Source: Aigarchaeota archaeon
GTDB taxonomy: Archaea; Thermoproteota; Nitrososphaeria_A; Caldarchaeales; Wolframiiraptoraceae
NCBI GenBank assembly: GCA_025058515.1
Contig: JANXDW010000028.1
Span: forward strand, 3,540 to 67,539
Direction: 5' to 3'
Length of the DNA stretch: 64,000 nt
Under the pieces are notes generated by a model. The model was given only the letters and a program-made list of their open reading frames with translations, ran no database searches and was not told where the DNA came from. Positions 9,550-19,050 of this stretch are shown one piece after another; the first letter of the stretch is position 1, and each line of letters opens with the position of its first letter. The position numbers were made by a program, and so were the translations under genes.

Positions 9550-11571
9550 TTATTTTATCGAGACCTTTGAACCTTCTCTTATGTATACTGGGATTATCTC
9601 TAGAGGTGTTTCCCGCTCTATCCATCTCCCTCCATCATGTAAGACGTCATTCCATACATCAATCCATCTAGCTCCTTTCGGTAGGTATACTTTTTTTGAC
9701 TTTACACCTTTTTCATATACTGGAGCTACTAAAATGTCTGAACCAAGCATATACTCATCCTCCACATCATACGTATTAAGATCATCAGGGAAATCGAAGA
9801 AAAGTGGTCTCATTAATGGTATTCCTTCCTCACAGCAGAGTTTCATCTGTTCAATAAGGTAGGGTTTAATTTTCTCTCTAATTAATAGATATCGTCTAAG
9901 GATGTTGTAAGCTGTATCTCCAAAAGACCATACCTCATTTGGTCCTCCAGTCAATTTATATGGATCTGTTTCCTTTTCAAAGTTTTCAGGATAAGGTAGC
10001 CGGAATCCATGTAATCTGAATATGGGGCAGAATGCTCCATATTGAAACCATCTAATAATAAGTTCCTGAAATTCGGGGTCTCTCGGATCTCCACCCCAGA
10101 AACCGCCAATATCAGTAGTCCACCATGTTATACCGCATAGACCCATGTTTAATCCAGCTTTTATCTGTCTTCTTAATGAATCAAAGGTGGATGGTATATC
10201 TCCAGACCAGACTATAACCCTAAACCGTTGACTACCATGCCATGCAGCTCTTATCAAGAAAACGAACTCATCTTCACCAATCGACTTCATACCATCATAG
10301 AATGTTTTAGCATAATAGAATGGATAAAGATTAGCTACCTCTAGAGCATTGCCTAAATGGTATCTAATATTTTCATAATCGTAGGGTAAGACGTTATTGT
10401 ATCCGATTCCAGGCATTGCAATTTCTGGTTCTGCCTCATCAAGCCAAAACGCTTTTATACCATATTTATAGTAATTCTCTTTCACTTTTTCCCAGACGAA
10501 CTTCCTAGTCTCTAGATTCGTGAAATCACAATATGTCGTAATCCCTCTAAAAGTCATCAGTATAGGTATATTTCTCTCAGTCCTTACAAGTAATCCTTTG
10601 CTGACCATCTCATGATAATTACTACTGTTAATATCTACTGTCGGCCATATTGATACCATCACCTTAACACCGATAGATTCAAGTTCTCTAACCATCTCTT
10701 CAGGGTTAGGCCAGTATTTATTATCGAATTTCCATTCACCCTGCATAGGCCAGTGGAAGAAATCGATAACAATTACTGAAAGTGGTAGATTTCTTTTCTT
10801 ATACTCATGAGCTATCTCGAGTAACTCTTCTTGAGTTCTATATCTAAGTTTACATTGCCAGAAACCCAACGCCCACTCTGGTAATAATTCAGCTTTACCA
10901 ACTAGTTTCATATACTTCTTAACGATCTCACGTATCGAGTTGCCTGCAATTACTATGTAATCTATCTGTCTAGCTGCTTCTGCTTGGAACATTGTATGGT
11001 TTTTAGCTAATTCAGCCTTTCCAACTGATGGATTATTCCATAAAAATCCATAACCTCTAGTAGAAATAAGGAATGGAATACTTATTTGCGTATTTCTATG
11101 GGCAAGTTCTAGTACGCATCCTTTTAAGTTAAGGTATCCATTTGCATATTGACCCATTCCATAGAAACGTTCATCATCATTAGATTTGAAATAAACTTGT
11201 ATCTTAAATAATTCACTGCTTAATGACTTATAATTTCTTGCTTTAAGTAGCTCAGCATTATTCACTCGATAATCAATCCAAAGCTCTTCAAGCAATATCC
11301 TTGTAGTTATATTATCTAAGAATTTTAAACTACCATCATTCTTCACTTCGCATGTAAGTCTTCCCGACTTAATAATACTTTTATCTTTATCAGTGATTAA
11401 AATCATTGAAGCATTTTTAGGTTGCGGAAGTAGAAACCAATCATTTGCTACTAAGTCCTTCCCTTTTGTAGCTCTTACACGTAAAGCATCTTCTCCATAA
11501 GGCTCAATACATATTAATTCTCCTTCACCCGATACAATAAGCTTATCCTCTTCTTTCCTAAATGAATACAT
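9550..11571 (-). CDS. Glycoside hydrolase family 31 (alpha-glucosidase / alpha-xylosidase)
   Basis: 673 aa. GIKAFWLDEAEPE (nucleophile-region-like) and VWSGDIPSTFDSL (WxGD acid/base region) are typical of GH31. Confidence 0.85.
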   Translation of the reverse strand: MYSFRKEEDKLIVSGEGELICIEPYGEDALRVRATKGKDLVANDWFLLPQPKNASMILITDKDKSIIKSGRLTCEVKNDGSLKFLDNITTRILLEELWIDYRVNNAELLKARNYKSLSSELFKIQVYFKSNDDERFYGMGQYANGYLNLKGCVLELAHRNTQISIPFLISTRGYGFLWNNPSVGKAELAKNHTMFQAEAARQIDYIVIAGNSIREIVKKYMKLVGKAELLPEWALGFWQCKLRYRTQEELLEIAHEYKKRNLPLSVIVIDFFHWPMQGEWKFDNKYWPNPEEMVRELESIGVKVMVSIWPTVDINSSNYHEMVSKGLLVRTERNIPILMTFRGITTYCDFTNLETRKFVWEKVKENYYKYGIKAFWLDEAEPEIAMPGIGYNNVLPYDYENIRYHLGNALEVANLYPFYYAKTFYDGMKSIGEDEFVFLIRAAWHGSQRFRVIVWSGDIPSTFDSLRRQIKAGLNMGLCGITWWTTDIGGFWGGDPRDPEFQELIIRWFQYGAFCPIFRLHGFRLPYPENFEKETDPYKLTGGPNEVWSFGDTAYNILRRYLLIREKIKPYLIEQMKLCCEEGIPLMRPLFFDFPDDLNTYDVEDEYMLGSDILVAPVYEKGVKSKKVYLPKGARWIDVWNDVLHDGGRWIERETPLEIIPVYIREGSKVSIK

Positions 11572-11830
11572 ATATCTATCCTTTCTATACCTCTAAATAA
11601 ATATTGTCTTAAATCTTCTCAAGTACAATTATATTCAAAAGTTTTAAAGTTACATCAATAGGAAGAAAACTAAGAAGAAAAGTTATGGAGAATTTAGGAT
11701 TAAAAGCTGAAGTGGTAATGATTATATTAGTAACTAGAGAAAACGTGATATGAGAAAAATAGTAAGTTTAGAGTAGTCTTTAATTTAAGCAACAGTTATA
11801 TATAATCCAAACTAAGATGTAAACCTCACG

Positions 11831-11856
11831 CTTCTTTCAAATTAATTTGAAAGAAG
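11831..11856. promoter_or_regulatory. Perfect 26-nt palindrome in divergent GH31 / binding-protein intergenic region (candidate operator)
   Basis: CTTCTTTCAAATT/AATTTGAAAGAAG is its own reverse complement. The half-site ATTTGAAAG recurs at 11901-11909. Confidence 0.4.
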
Positions 11857-11910
11857 TTTTGTTTATCTCTTAATCGTGGAGCCTTTTATTAGTAGAAAGG
11901 ATTTGAAAGT

Positions 11911-11940
11911 TATTATTTTTTATTATTTTTTAGTATTTTT
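11911..11940. repeat. Three tandem 10-nt T-rich units just upstream of the binding-protein gene
   Basis: tattattttt tattattttt tagtattttt (third copy has 1 mismatch), followed by a TATA-like ataaaatctttatata. Confidence 0.6.
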
Positions 11941-11977
11941 ATAAAATCTTTATATACTGTTCTATACATATTTTTCT

Positions 11978-13732
11978 ATGAATATGAATGAAAAATATTT
12001 TAAACGGAAAAAATCAGCTACATTAAGAACCTTAGGAATTTCTAAGATTCTGAAACTAGTTATTATTGCAATCTTAGTAATCGTTGTTATTGCTTCTGCT
12101 GTAGGCATATATCTCATCACTACTCCTACTGCGCCAACTACACCGACAACTACTCCTGTAACCCCCGTTGTTCAAAAGAAGACGATTAGAGTTTTATTCG
12201 CATTCCCTGTACAGACTGATCCGGGTCTAGCTATAGATTGGGCAAGTCTTAGAGCAGTTAACAATATTTACGATAGCTTAATTCAGCTTGGTTCTACAGG
12301 TGAACCTGACCCACGATTAAGCATTGCCGAGAAATGGGAGGTGACACCTGATGGACTCACTTGGACTTTCCATCTGAAGAAGGATGTAACTTTCCACAGT
12401 GGTAGAACGCTAACAGCTAAAGATGTAGTTTTTTCCCTAGAGAGATTATTGAAGATGGGGTTAGGTCCTGCATTCGTCTTTGCACCATTCGTAGAATCTT
12501 TCAAAGCTATTGATGACTATACTGTTCAAATTAAGTTAAAGAAAACATACGGACCATTCATATACTCTCTTACACTACTCTACATATTAGATAGTGAAGA
12601 GGTAAAAAAGAATATTAAACCAACTGGTGAATATGGTGACTTAGGAGATTATGGAAAGGAATGGCTTAGAGCGCATGATGCAGGGTCCGGTCCTTATAAG
12701 ATAAAGGAACATGTTTTTGGTGAAAAATTGATACTTGAACGTTTTGAAAAATATTGGGGAGAGGTTAATCCGAGGGCTCCTGATGAAGTTGTACTTATTC
12801 CTCCTCCTGAGCCAGCTGCACAAGTAAGCTTATTCTTAACAGGAGAGATTGATATAACATATGGTCTTCCAATAGAGACTATAATTGAGAATATGAAACG
12901 TGATGGGGTTGGGGCTTCTAAATTACTCTATGGACAACAATTCTTATTCGTTCTAAATACTCAGAAACCACCACTGGATGATGTACACTTTAGGAGAGCA
13001 TTAGCATACGCCTTCGATTATGATAAGGCAGTAGGAGCATATGTGCCAGGATACGCTTGGAAATCTATTGGTCCAGTAGCTAACTATTTACCAGGTGCTC
13101 CAAAAGATCTACCAACTTATGAGAAAGATCTTTCAAAAGCAAGAGAAGAAATCAAGAAGTCTAAGTACTATGGTAAATTAAGTGAGTATCCAATAGAACT
13201 CTGGTGGTGTGCAGAAGATCCCTACCAAGAGAAAATAGTATTAATCTTTGTTACAAGTATGAAAGAACTTGATCCTGAAATCCGTATAGATGTTGTTAAG
13301 AAACCTTGGTCAGCGATGGCTGAGGCAACAGCTAAAATAGAGTCAACCCCGCACATAATGATACTACTCTCAACGCCTATATTCCCTGAAACGGGAAACG
13401 TATTACATTTGAAATTCCACTCAGAATATGCTGGCAAATCACTAATACATATCTCTTGGCTACTAAATCCTGAAATGGATAGACTGATAGATGATGCTTT
13501 AACGACGGTTGATGAAGCTACACGATTCAGTAAATACAAAGAAATCGTGAAGAGATTAAATGATATCGTTCCTGAGATTCCAGCATTCGATTTTGCCTAT
13601 ACAGTCCTTTACTGGAAACATTATATTAACTGGCCAGCAGGAGAAGGTAAACCTCCTTACGGTGTTCAATATAATTACAACTTCAGGTTTATGGAAGTTT
13701 ATCCAGAGAAGAAAGCAGAATTATTCAAGTAA
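11978..13732 (+). CDS. ABC transporter substrate-binding protein, family 5, N-terminally anchored
   Basis: 584 aa. N-terminal TM helix (LVIIAILVIVVIASAVGIYLI) followed by a TP-rich linker (TPTAPTTPTTTPVTPV). Family-5 SBP-like core. Confidence 0.85.
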   Translation: MNMNEKYFKRKKSATLRTLGISKILKLVIIAILVIVVIASAVGIYLITTPTAPTTPTTTPVTPVVQKKTIRVLFAFPVQTDPGLAIDWASLRAVNNIYDSLIQLGSTGEPDPRLSIAEKWEVTPDGLTWTFHLKKDVTFHSGRTLTAKDVVFSLERLLKMGLGPAFVFAPFVESFKAIDDYTVQIKLKKTYGPFIYSLTLLYILDSEEVKKNIKPTGEYGDLGDYGKEWLRAHDAGSGPYKIKEHVFGEKLILERFEKYWGEVNPRAPDEVVLIPPPEPAAQVSLFLTGEIDITYGLPIETIIENMKRDGVGASKLLYGQQFLFVLNTQKPPLDDVHFRRALAYAFDYDKAVGAYVPGYAWKSIGPVANYLPGAPKDLPTYEKDLSKAREEIKKSKYYGKLSEYPIELWWCAEDPYQEKIVLIFVTSMKELDPEIRIDVVKKPWSAMAEATAKIESTPHIMILLSTPIFPETGNVLHLKFHSEYAGKSLIHISWLLNPEMDRLIDDALTTVDEATRFSKYKEIVKRLNDIVPEIPAFDFAYTVLYWKHYINWPAGEGKPPYGVQYNYNFRFMEVYPEKKAELFK

Positions 13733-14207
13733 GACAAAGTAAACATTTAGAATATCATCCCATTCTTTTTTATTTGTAATCCATAAATGATGTAAAAATG
13801 AAAGAATGTTTAAGATCTGCTAAATTATTCTCTCCATGAATATTGGGATCCTTTCTATCTTCTCTTTAGTTATTCTAAGCGTAGTACTTTCAAGAGTAGA
13901 TGGTGACTCTCTTCTCCACTTCACAAATAGTAGAATAGGTTTTAGACTATTGTCTTCAAAATAATCTTCAAGGTTTCTCGTCTTCAAGTTTTTATAGTAC
14001 TGTGAAGCTCACCCTTCAGCATGGTCTAAAAGAGACTAATAGAGACTCGAGCTAAAAAAGATATAAAGAACTAAAACTCTCAAAAAAGTTTTAATTAAGA
14101 ACTACAGTTTTCACCGAGATCTAAAATTAAGATGATATAAGATAAATTATATTTAAATTAATAGTGTTTAATAGTTAATAGTTAGTTTACTCTTATCGTA
14201 TACCGGT

Positions 14208-15254
14208 ATGAAATCGTTAATAATAAGCAATGAAACTATTAAGTTTTTATTAAAGAGAGGTGGTTCAATAATATTTACACTTATAGGGCTCTCTATACTG
14301 ATATTTATATTAGCGAGAATCCTTCCCGGAGATCCAGCCCGCATGGCTGCTGGTTGGACCGCGCCTGACTGGGTTATTGAAGAAATGAGGAGAAAGCTAG
14401 GGCTAGATCAGCCTCTCCATATACAGTATATTCGATGGTTAAGTGATGTACTGAAGGGAGATCTAGGTTTCTCTATCTATACGAAACGTAGTGTAACGGT
14501 TGATGTTCTACAATATTTACCTAAAACATTAGAGTTAATATTCGTTGCTGAATTGTTCTCGATCACTGGAGGTATACTTCTCGGAATTTTAGCAGGTGCA
14601 TTTCCTTATAGATTACCCGATAATGTCGTAAGAGTAATGTCATATATAGCTATTTCTATGCCCGCCTTCGTATGGGCTATAATCCTCCAACTGATGTTTG
14701 CAAGAATAATTCCATTATTTCCTGCAGGAGGTCAGCTCAGCTCACATATAGTGCCACCACCTAGGATAACAGGCTCAATCTTTATAGATTCAATTATTAG
14801 TGGGAGATTTGATGCGCTCATAGACTGTCTTTGGCATACAATTCTACCTGCCCTGTCCTTATCATTTGGTTCCATGATGCAGAATGCTAGAATATTGAGG
14901 ATGGGTATGACAGATATTAAAGGAAAAGATTACATGGTGTTAAGTGATGCATTAGGTTTACCTCTAAGATTAAAAATATACAAATACCAATTTAGACCTG
15001 CATCAATTCCAGCTATTACTGCTATGGGTATGAGTATCGGTGCAGATTTAGGAAATGCCTTTCTTGTTGAGAATGTGTATAACTGGCCTGGATTCTCGAG
15101 ATATGGCGTGACTGCTATGCTCAACAAAGATCTAAACGCAATCGTAGCAGTTGTGTTAGTAGTGGGAATAGTGTACGCTATTGCTAACTTTATCGTAGAT
15201 TTAATAATATTATCATTAGATCCAAGAATTAGGCGTATGAGTCGTAGTGTTTGA
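14208..15254 (+). CDS. Opp/Dpp-class ABC permease (DppB type)
   Basis: 348 aa polytopic protein with C-terminal SLDPRIRRM. Confidence 0.85.
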   Translation: MKSLIISNETIKFLLKRGGSIIFTLIGLSILIFILARILPGDPARMAAGWTAPDWVIEEMRRKLGLDQPLHIQYIRWLSDVLKGDLGFSIYTKRSVTVDVLQYLPKTLELIFVAELFSITGGILLGILAGAFPYRLPDNVVRVMSYIAISMPAFVWAIILQLMFARIIPLFPAGGQLSSHIVPPPRITGSIFIDSIISGRFDALIDCLWHTILPALSLSFGSMMQNARILRMGMTDIKGKDYMVLSDALGLPLRLKIYKYQFRPASIPAITAMGMSIGADLGNAFLVENVYNWPGFSRYGVTAMLNKDLNAIVAVVLVVGIVYAIANFIVDLIILSLDPRIRRMSRSV

Positions 15255-15266
15255 GGTGGTGTAAGA

Positions 15267-16157
15267 ATGAATGAACTAGTTATTACTGGTAGAAGGTTTC
15301 GATTATTAAGTGATAGATTTAAGAAGTTCTGGTTTAAGTTCTCTAGGAGCTCTTTATCCATCATTGGTTTAATAATTTCAACTACATGCGTTATTCTTGC
15401 AGTTCTAGCACCTTATATCGTTCCCTATCCAGAACATATAGAATGGTATATCGATTATGATAATGCTCTCAGACCGCCTAATTTAGAACATATACTCGGT
15501 ACAGACCAGTATGGTAGAGACGTATTTAGTAGAATAATATTTGGAATGAGGTATTCTTTTACATTAGTAGTTGTCGTTTTATCAATAGTTATCCCGACGG
15601 GTATAGTTCTTGGAGTCTTAGCAGGCTATTTTAAAGATACATGGTTTGACTATTTAATAATGAGAATATCAGATACCTTTGTCGCAGTTCCTCCACTAGT
15701 TATGGCTCTAGCGATTGCAGCGGTCTTAAAACCAAGCATGATCAACTCTATGATAGCTGTTTCTCTTACTTGGTGGCCATGGTATGCCAGATTAACCTAC
15801 TCAGCTGTTTCGTCTTTAAAAAATGAGTACTATATAATATATTCCGAAGTGATAGGAGTTAGTAAACTTAGGGTAATGTTTGTGGAGATTCTACCTAATT
15901 GTATTGGACCTATACTAACTAAGGCTACCCTTGATGTAGGGTGGGTCATATTAGTTGGAGCAGCACTTAGTTTCGTAGGTCTAGGCGCTCAACCTCCTAT
16001 ACCTGACTTAGGGACTATGGTTGCTGAAGGCGCACATTTACTACCAACTACATGGTGGGTAAGCATATTCCCGGCTCTGACCATTACGATAATAATATTA
16101 GGATTTAATCTACTGGGAGATGGGTTAAAAGATGTATTTACAGAAGAGAAATATTAG
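15267..16157 (+). CDS. Opp/Dpp-class ABC permease (DppC type)
   Basis: 296 aa polytopic protein. N-terminal TM then a short loop (GTDQYGRDVFSR) typical of DppC/OppC. Confidence 0.85.
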   Translation: MNELVITGRRFRLLSDRFKKFWFKFSRSSLSIIGLIISTTCVILAVLAPYIVPYPEHIEWYIDYDNALRPPNLEHILGTDQYGRDVFSRIIFGMRYSFTLVVVVLSIVIPTGIVLGVLAGYFKDTWFDYLIMRISDTFVAVPPLVMALAIAAVLKPSMINSMIAVSLTWWPWYARLTYSAVSSLKNEYYIIYSEVIGVSKLRVMFVEILPNCIGPILTKATLDVGWVILVGAALSFVGLGAQPPIPDLGTMVAEGAHLLPTTWWVSIFPALTITIIILGFNLLGDGLKDVFTEEKY

Positions 16158-16166
16158 GGTGATTTC

Positions 16167-17141
16167 ATGGAGTCATTATTAAGAGTAGAAGATCTAAATG
16201 TTAGATATAAGAGTTATAGAGGAGAACTTAAAGTCTTAGATGATGTAAGCTTTGAAGTAAAAGTCAGAGAAAAAGTTGGATTAATAGGTGAATCAGGATG
16301 TGGTAAGACAACATTGCTTAAATCTATCCTAAGGATCTTACCTCCAAACTCAATAATTTATAAAGGCAAGATATTTTTTAAAAATATTGAGATTATTAAG
16401 GCAAACAAAAATGAAATCTTTAAGATAAGACGTGAAAATATTGGAATGATATTCCAAGATCCTATGAGCGCACTTAATCCATTCTTTAAAGTTAAAGATC
16501 AACTATACGATGCCCTAAGATATTCAGTGCATAACATAAAATCACAGCAAGATTTACAGCAGATGATTATAAAATTGTTGAAAGAAGTTGCATTATCAGA
16601 CTCTGAAAGAATTCTTGAGAGTTATCCCTTTGAGTTAAGTGGAGGCATGCGTCAAAGAGTATGTATAGCTTTAGCATTAACAAGATCAAACGATCTTTTG
16701 TTAGCAGATGAACCGACAACAAATTTAGATGTTACTATTCAAGAGCAGATACTGAATTTATTAAGGGAGTTAGTTAATAAGAGAGGATTATCTATTGTTC
16801 TAGTATCTCATGCACTAGGGATGGTTAAAGAATTTGTTGATAAGATCTATGTAATGTATGCAGGTCAAATAGTTGAAACGGCAAGTACCGATAAGATATT
16901 CTCTGAACCACTTCATCCATATACTAAACTCCTATTATCAGCTGTACCAAGATTAACGGGACGATGGAAGGCTGAAGGTTTAATTGGTAGACTACCCGAC
17001 TATGTGAATCCACCTCCGGGTTGTAGATTTTATATGAGGTGTCAGCAAAGTAATAGTAATTGTAAGATTAAACCAAAGCTCTTAAAATTAAATAAAGATC
17101 ACTCTGTTGCATGTTGGCTGTATGGTGATGAAGAGCATTGA
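16167..17141 (+). CDS. Opp/Dpp-class ABC ATPase (OppD type)
   Basis: GESGCGKTT, LSGGMRQR, LLADEPTTNLD, GCRFYMRC. Confidence 0.9.
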   Translation: MESLLRVEDLNVRYKSYRGELKVLDDVSFEVKVREKVGLIGESGCGKTTLLKSILRILPPNSIIYKGKIFFKNIEIIKANKNEIFKIRRENIGMIFQDPMSALNPFFKVKDQLYDALRYSVHNIKSQQDLQQMIIKLLKEVALSDSERILESYPFELSGGMRQRVCIALALTRSNDLLLADEPTTNLDVTIQEQILNLLRELVNKRGLSIVLVSHALGMVKEFVDKIYVMYAGQIVETASTDKIFSEPLHPYTKLLLSAVPRLTGRWKAEGLIGRLPDYVNPPPGCRFYMRCQQSNSNCKIKPKLLKLNKDHSVACWLYGDEEH

Positions 17142-18097
17142 ATGAGCTTCTTGTAGTTAAGAATTTGAAAAAATACTTCAAGACAAAATTTGGACTAGTT
17201 AAAGCAGTTGACGGTATCACTTTTCATATAAATGAAGGAGAAACATTTGCATTAGTTGGAGAATCTGGGTCAGGAAAAAGTACTACTGGACATATGATAG
17301 TAGGAATGTATGCTCCGACCTCAGGAGAGATATACTACAAGATGAACAACATCTCTGTACATGCTAGTAAGAGACCTAAAAACATAACTCGTGAGATACA
17401 AGTCGTCTTCCAAGATCCAGCTTCATCTCTTAATCCTTCAAGGTATATCAAAGATATAATTGGAACACCTTTAAAAGTTTACAACTTGATTAGAAATAGT
17501 ACTGAAGTAGAGCAGAAAGTTGCCGACCTACTAGAAAATGTGGAATTGCCTCCAGAACTATATATGTATAGGAAACCTAGAGAACTTGGTGGAGGAGAAC
17601 TACAAGCTATTGCAATAGCGAGAGCACTATCAACTAACCCAAAATTGATAATACTGGATGAGCCAACCTCTGCTTTAGATGTAATAACTCAGGCAAAAAT
17701 AATTAATCTCCTCCTTAATCTACAGAAAAAACACAATCTAACATATCTATTTATTACACATGATCTAGCAGTAGTAAGAAACATTGCATCTAGAGTTGCA
17801 GTTATGTATCTCGGAAAGATAGTTGAAACTGCCCCTACAATTGAACTCTTTAACCATTGTAGACATCCTTATAGTATGATGCTATTCTCATCTATCCCTG
17901 TAATTTCAGAAGATGAGAAGAATCTTAAGCCAAAGAAAATAACGTCTATCGGTGAGATCCCAAGTTCACTATCTATACCTCCTGGTTGTAGATTCCATAC
18001 AAGATGCCCATATGCTGAAGCTAGATGTAAGGTAGAAGAACCCTCATTAAAACATATCAATAGCGGGCACATCGTAGCATGTCATTTAGCAGAATGA
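17138..18097 (+). CDS. Opp/Dpp-class ABC ATPase (OppF type)
   Basis: GESGSGKST, LGGGELQA, ILDEPTSALD, GCRFHTRCPYA. TTG start overlaps the preceding stop by 4 nt. Confidence 0.9.
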   Translation: MNELLVVKNLKKYFKTKFGLVKAVDGITFHINEGETFALVGESGSGKSTTGHMIVGMYAPTSGEIYYKMNNISVHASKRPKNITREIQVVFQDPASSLNPSRYIKDIIGTPLKVYNLIRNSTEVEQKVADLLENVELPPELYMYRKPRELGGGELQAIAIARALSTNPKLIILDEPTSALDVITQAKIINLLLNLQKKHNLTYLFITHDLAVVRNIASRVAVMYLGKIVETAPTIELFNHCRHPYSMMLFSSIPVISEDEKNLKPKKITSIGEIPSSLSIPPGCRFHTRCPYAEARCKVEEPSLKHINSGHIVACHLAE

Positions 18098-18217
18098 ACT
18101 ATAAGAATAGTTATTAAGAGATACAATATCTTTTCTTCTAGGTAACGCTCTCAGTCTAAAAATTAGCATGTTTTAAGATTTAAATATTTATAAGTGGTTG
18201 AAATTGGTGAGATAAGA

Positions 18218-18958
18218 ATGTTAGATAAAGTGAAAATTTATTTCATAATTCCATGTGGGACTGCTATTTATGATGAACCTTGTCTTAAGACTATCGATAA
18301 AGTTAAAAAACATGATACCATAGTAGATGTAGTTCATCTCTCTAAAGGACCTGAACATGTAGAATACCATTATTTTGAACATATAGTTATGGATGAAACT
18401 CTTGATTTAGTAAGAAGGGCTGAGAGAGATGGTTACACTGCAGTAGTAATAGATTGTTTCTATGATCTAGGTCTTAGAGAAGCAAGAGAGTTGGTTAAAA
18501 TACCAGTTATAGGTATAGGAGAGGCAAGTTACTATGTAGGAGCAATGATGGGTCATAAATTCTCTGTTCTAGTTGGAAGAAGAAAAAGCATACCTAAGAT
18601 GTACGATAATCTAGTTGCTTATGGTCTTGAGAGGAGACTTGCTTCTTTCAGGTCTTTGGAGTTGAACCCAGTTCAAATGATTCAATACCCTGATAGGTTA
18701 AAGGAGAGAATAATTCAAGAAGCGGAGAAAGCTATTTACGAGGATCAAGCAGAAGTCATAATTCTCGGATGTGGTGCTCAAACTGGATTAGCTGAAGAAT
18801 TAATGAAGATACTTCATGTCCCAGTAATCGATCCAGTAGCTGTATCTATTAAAATTGCTGAGATGTTATCAGAACTTTATGTTAAGCTAGGATTATCACA
18901 TTGCAAATTATTTGGTTATGAGTCGCCTCCACCTAACCTATTTAGAGAGATAATATAA
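18218..18958 (+). CDS. Asp/Glu/hydantoin racemase family protein (HyuE-like, two-cysteine)
   Basis: VVIDCFYDLGL and IILGCGAQTGL match the two catalytic-Cys motifs of hydantoin/allantoin racemases. ATG at 18218 is preferred over GTG at 18194. Confidence 0.7.
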   Translation: MLDKVKIYFIIPCGTAIYDEPCLKTIDKVKKHDTIVDVVHLSKGPEHVEYHYFEHIVMDETLDLVRRAERDGYTAVVIDCFYDLGLREARELVKIPVIGIGEASYYVGAMMGHKFSVLVGRRKSIPKMYDNLVAYGLERRLASFRSLELNPVQMIQYPDRLKERIIQEAEKAIYEDQAEVIILGCGAQTGLAEELMKILHVPVIDPVAVSIKIAEMLSELYVKLGLSHCKLFGYESPPPNLFREII

Positions 18959-19050
18959 TGGATAAAAATTTCAACTCAACTATTTTTAATTATTCATTCG
19001 ATATCAAAATTAAAATTTTACTTTAACACTAACATATTAAGGTGTTTTAA

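Noticed and set aside
9401-9862. Short ORFs 9401-9625 (-) and 9581-9862 (+) around the GH31 3' end
   Set aside because: They overlap the GH31 coding sequence or AT-rich terminator space and show no recognisable features. Treated as noise.
11911-11940. Tandem 10-nt T-rich repeats as a possible CRISPR or minisatellite
   Set aside because: Only three contiguous units with no spacers, and far too short for CRISPR repeats. Better explained as low-complexity promoter DNA.
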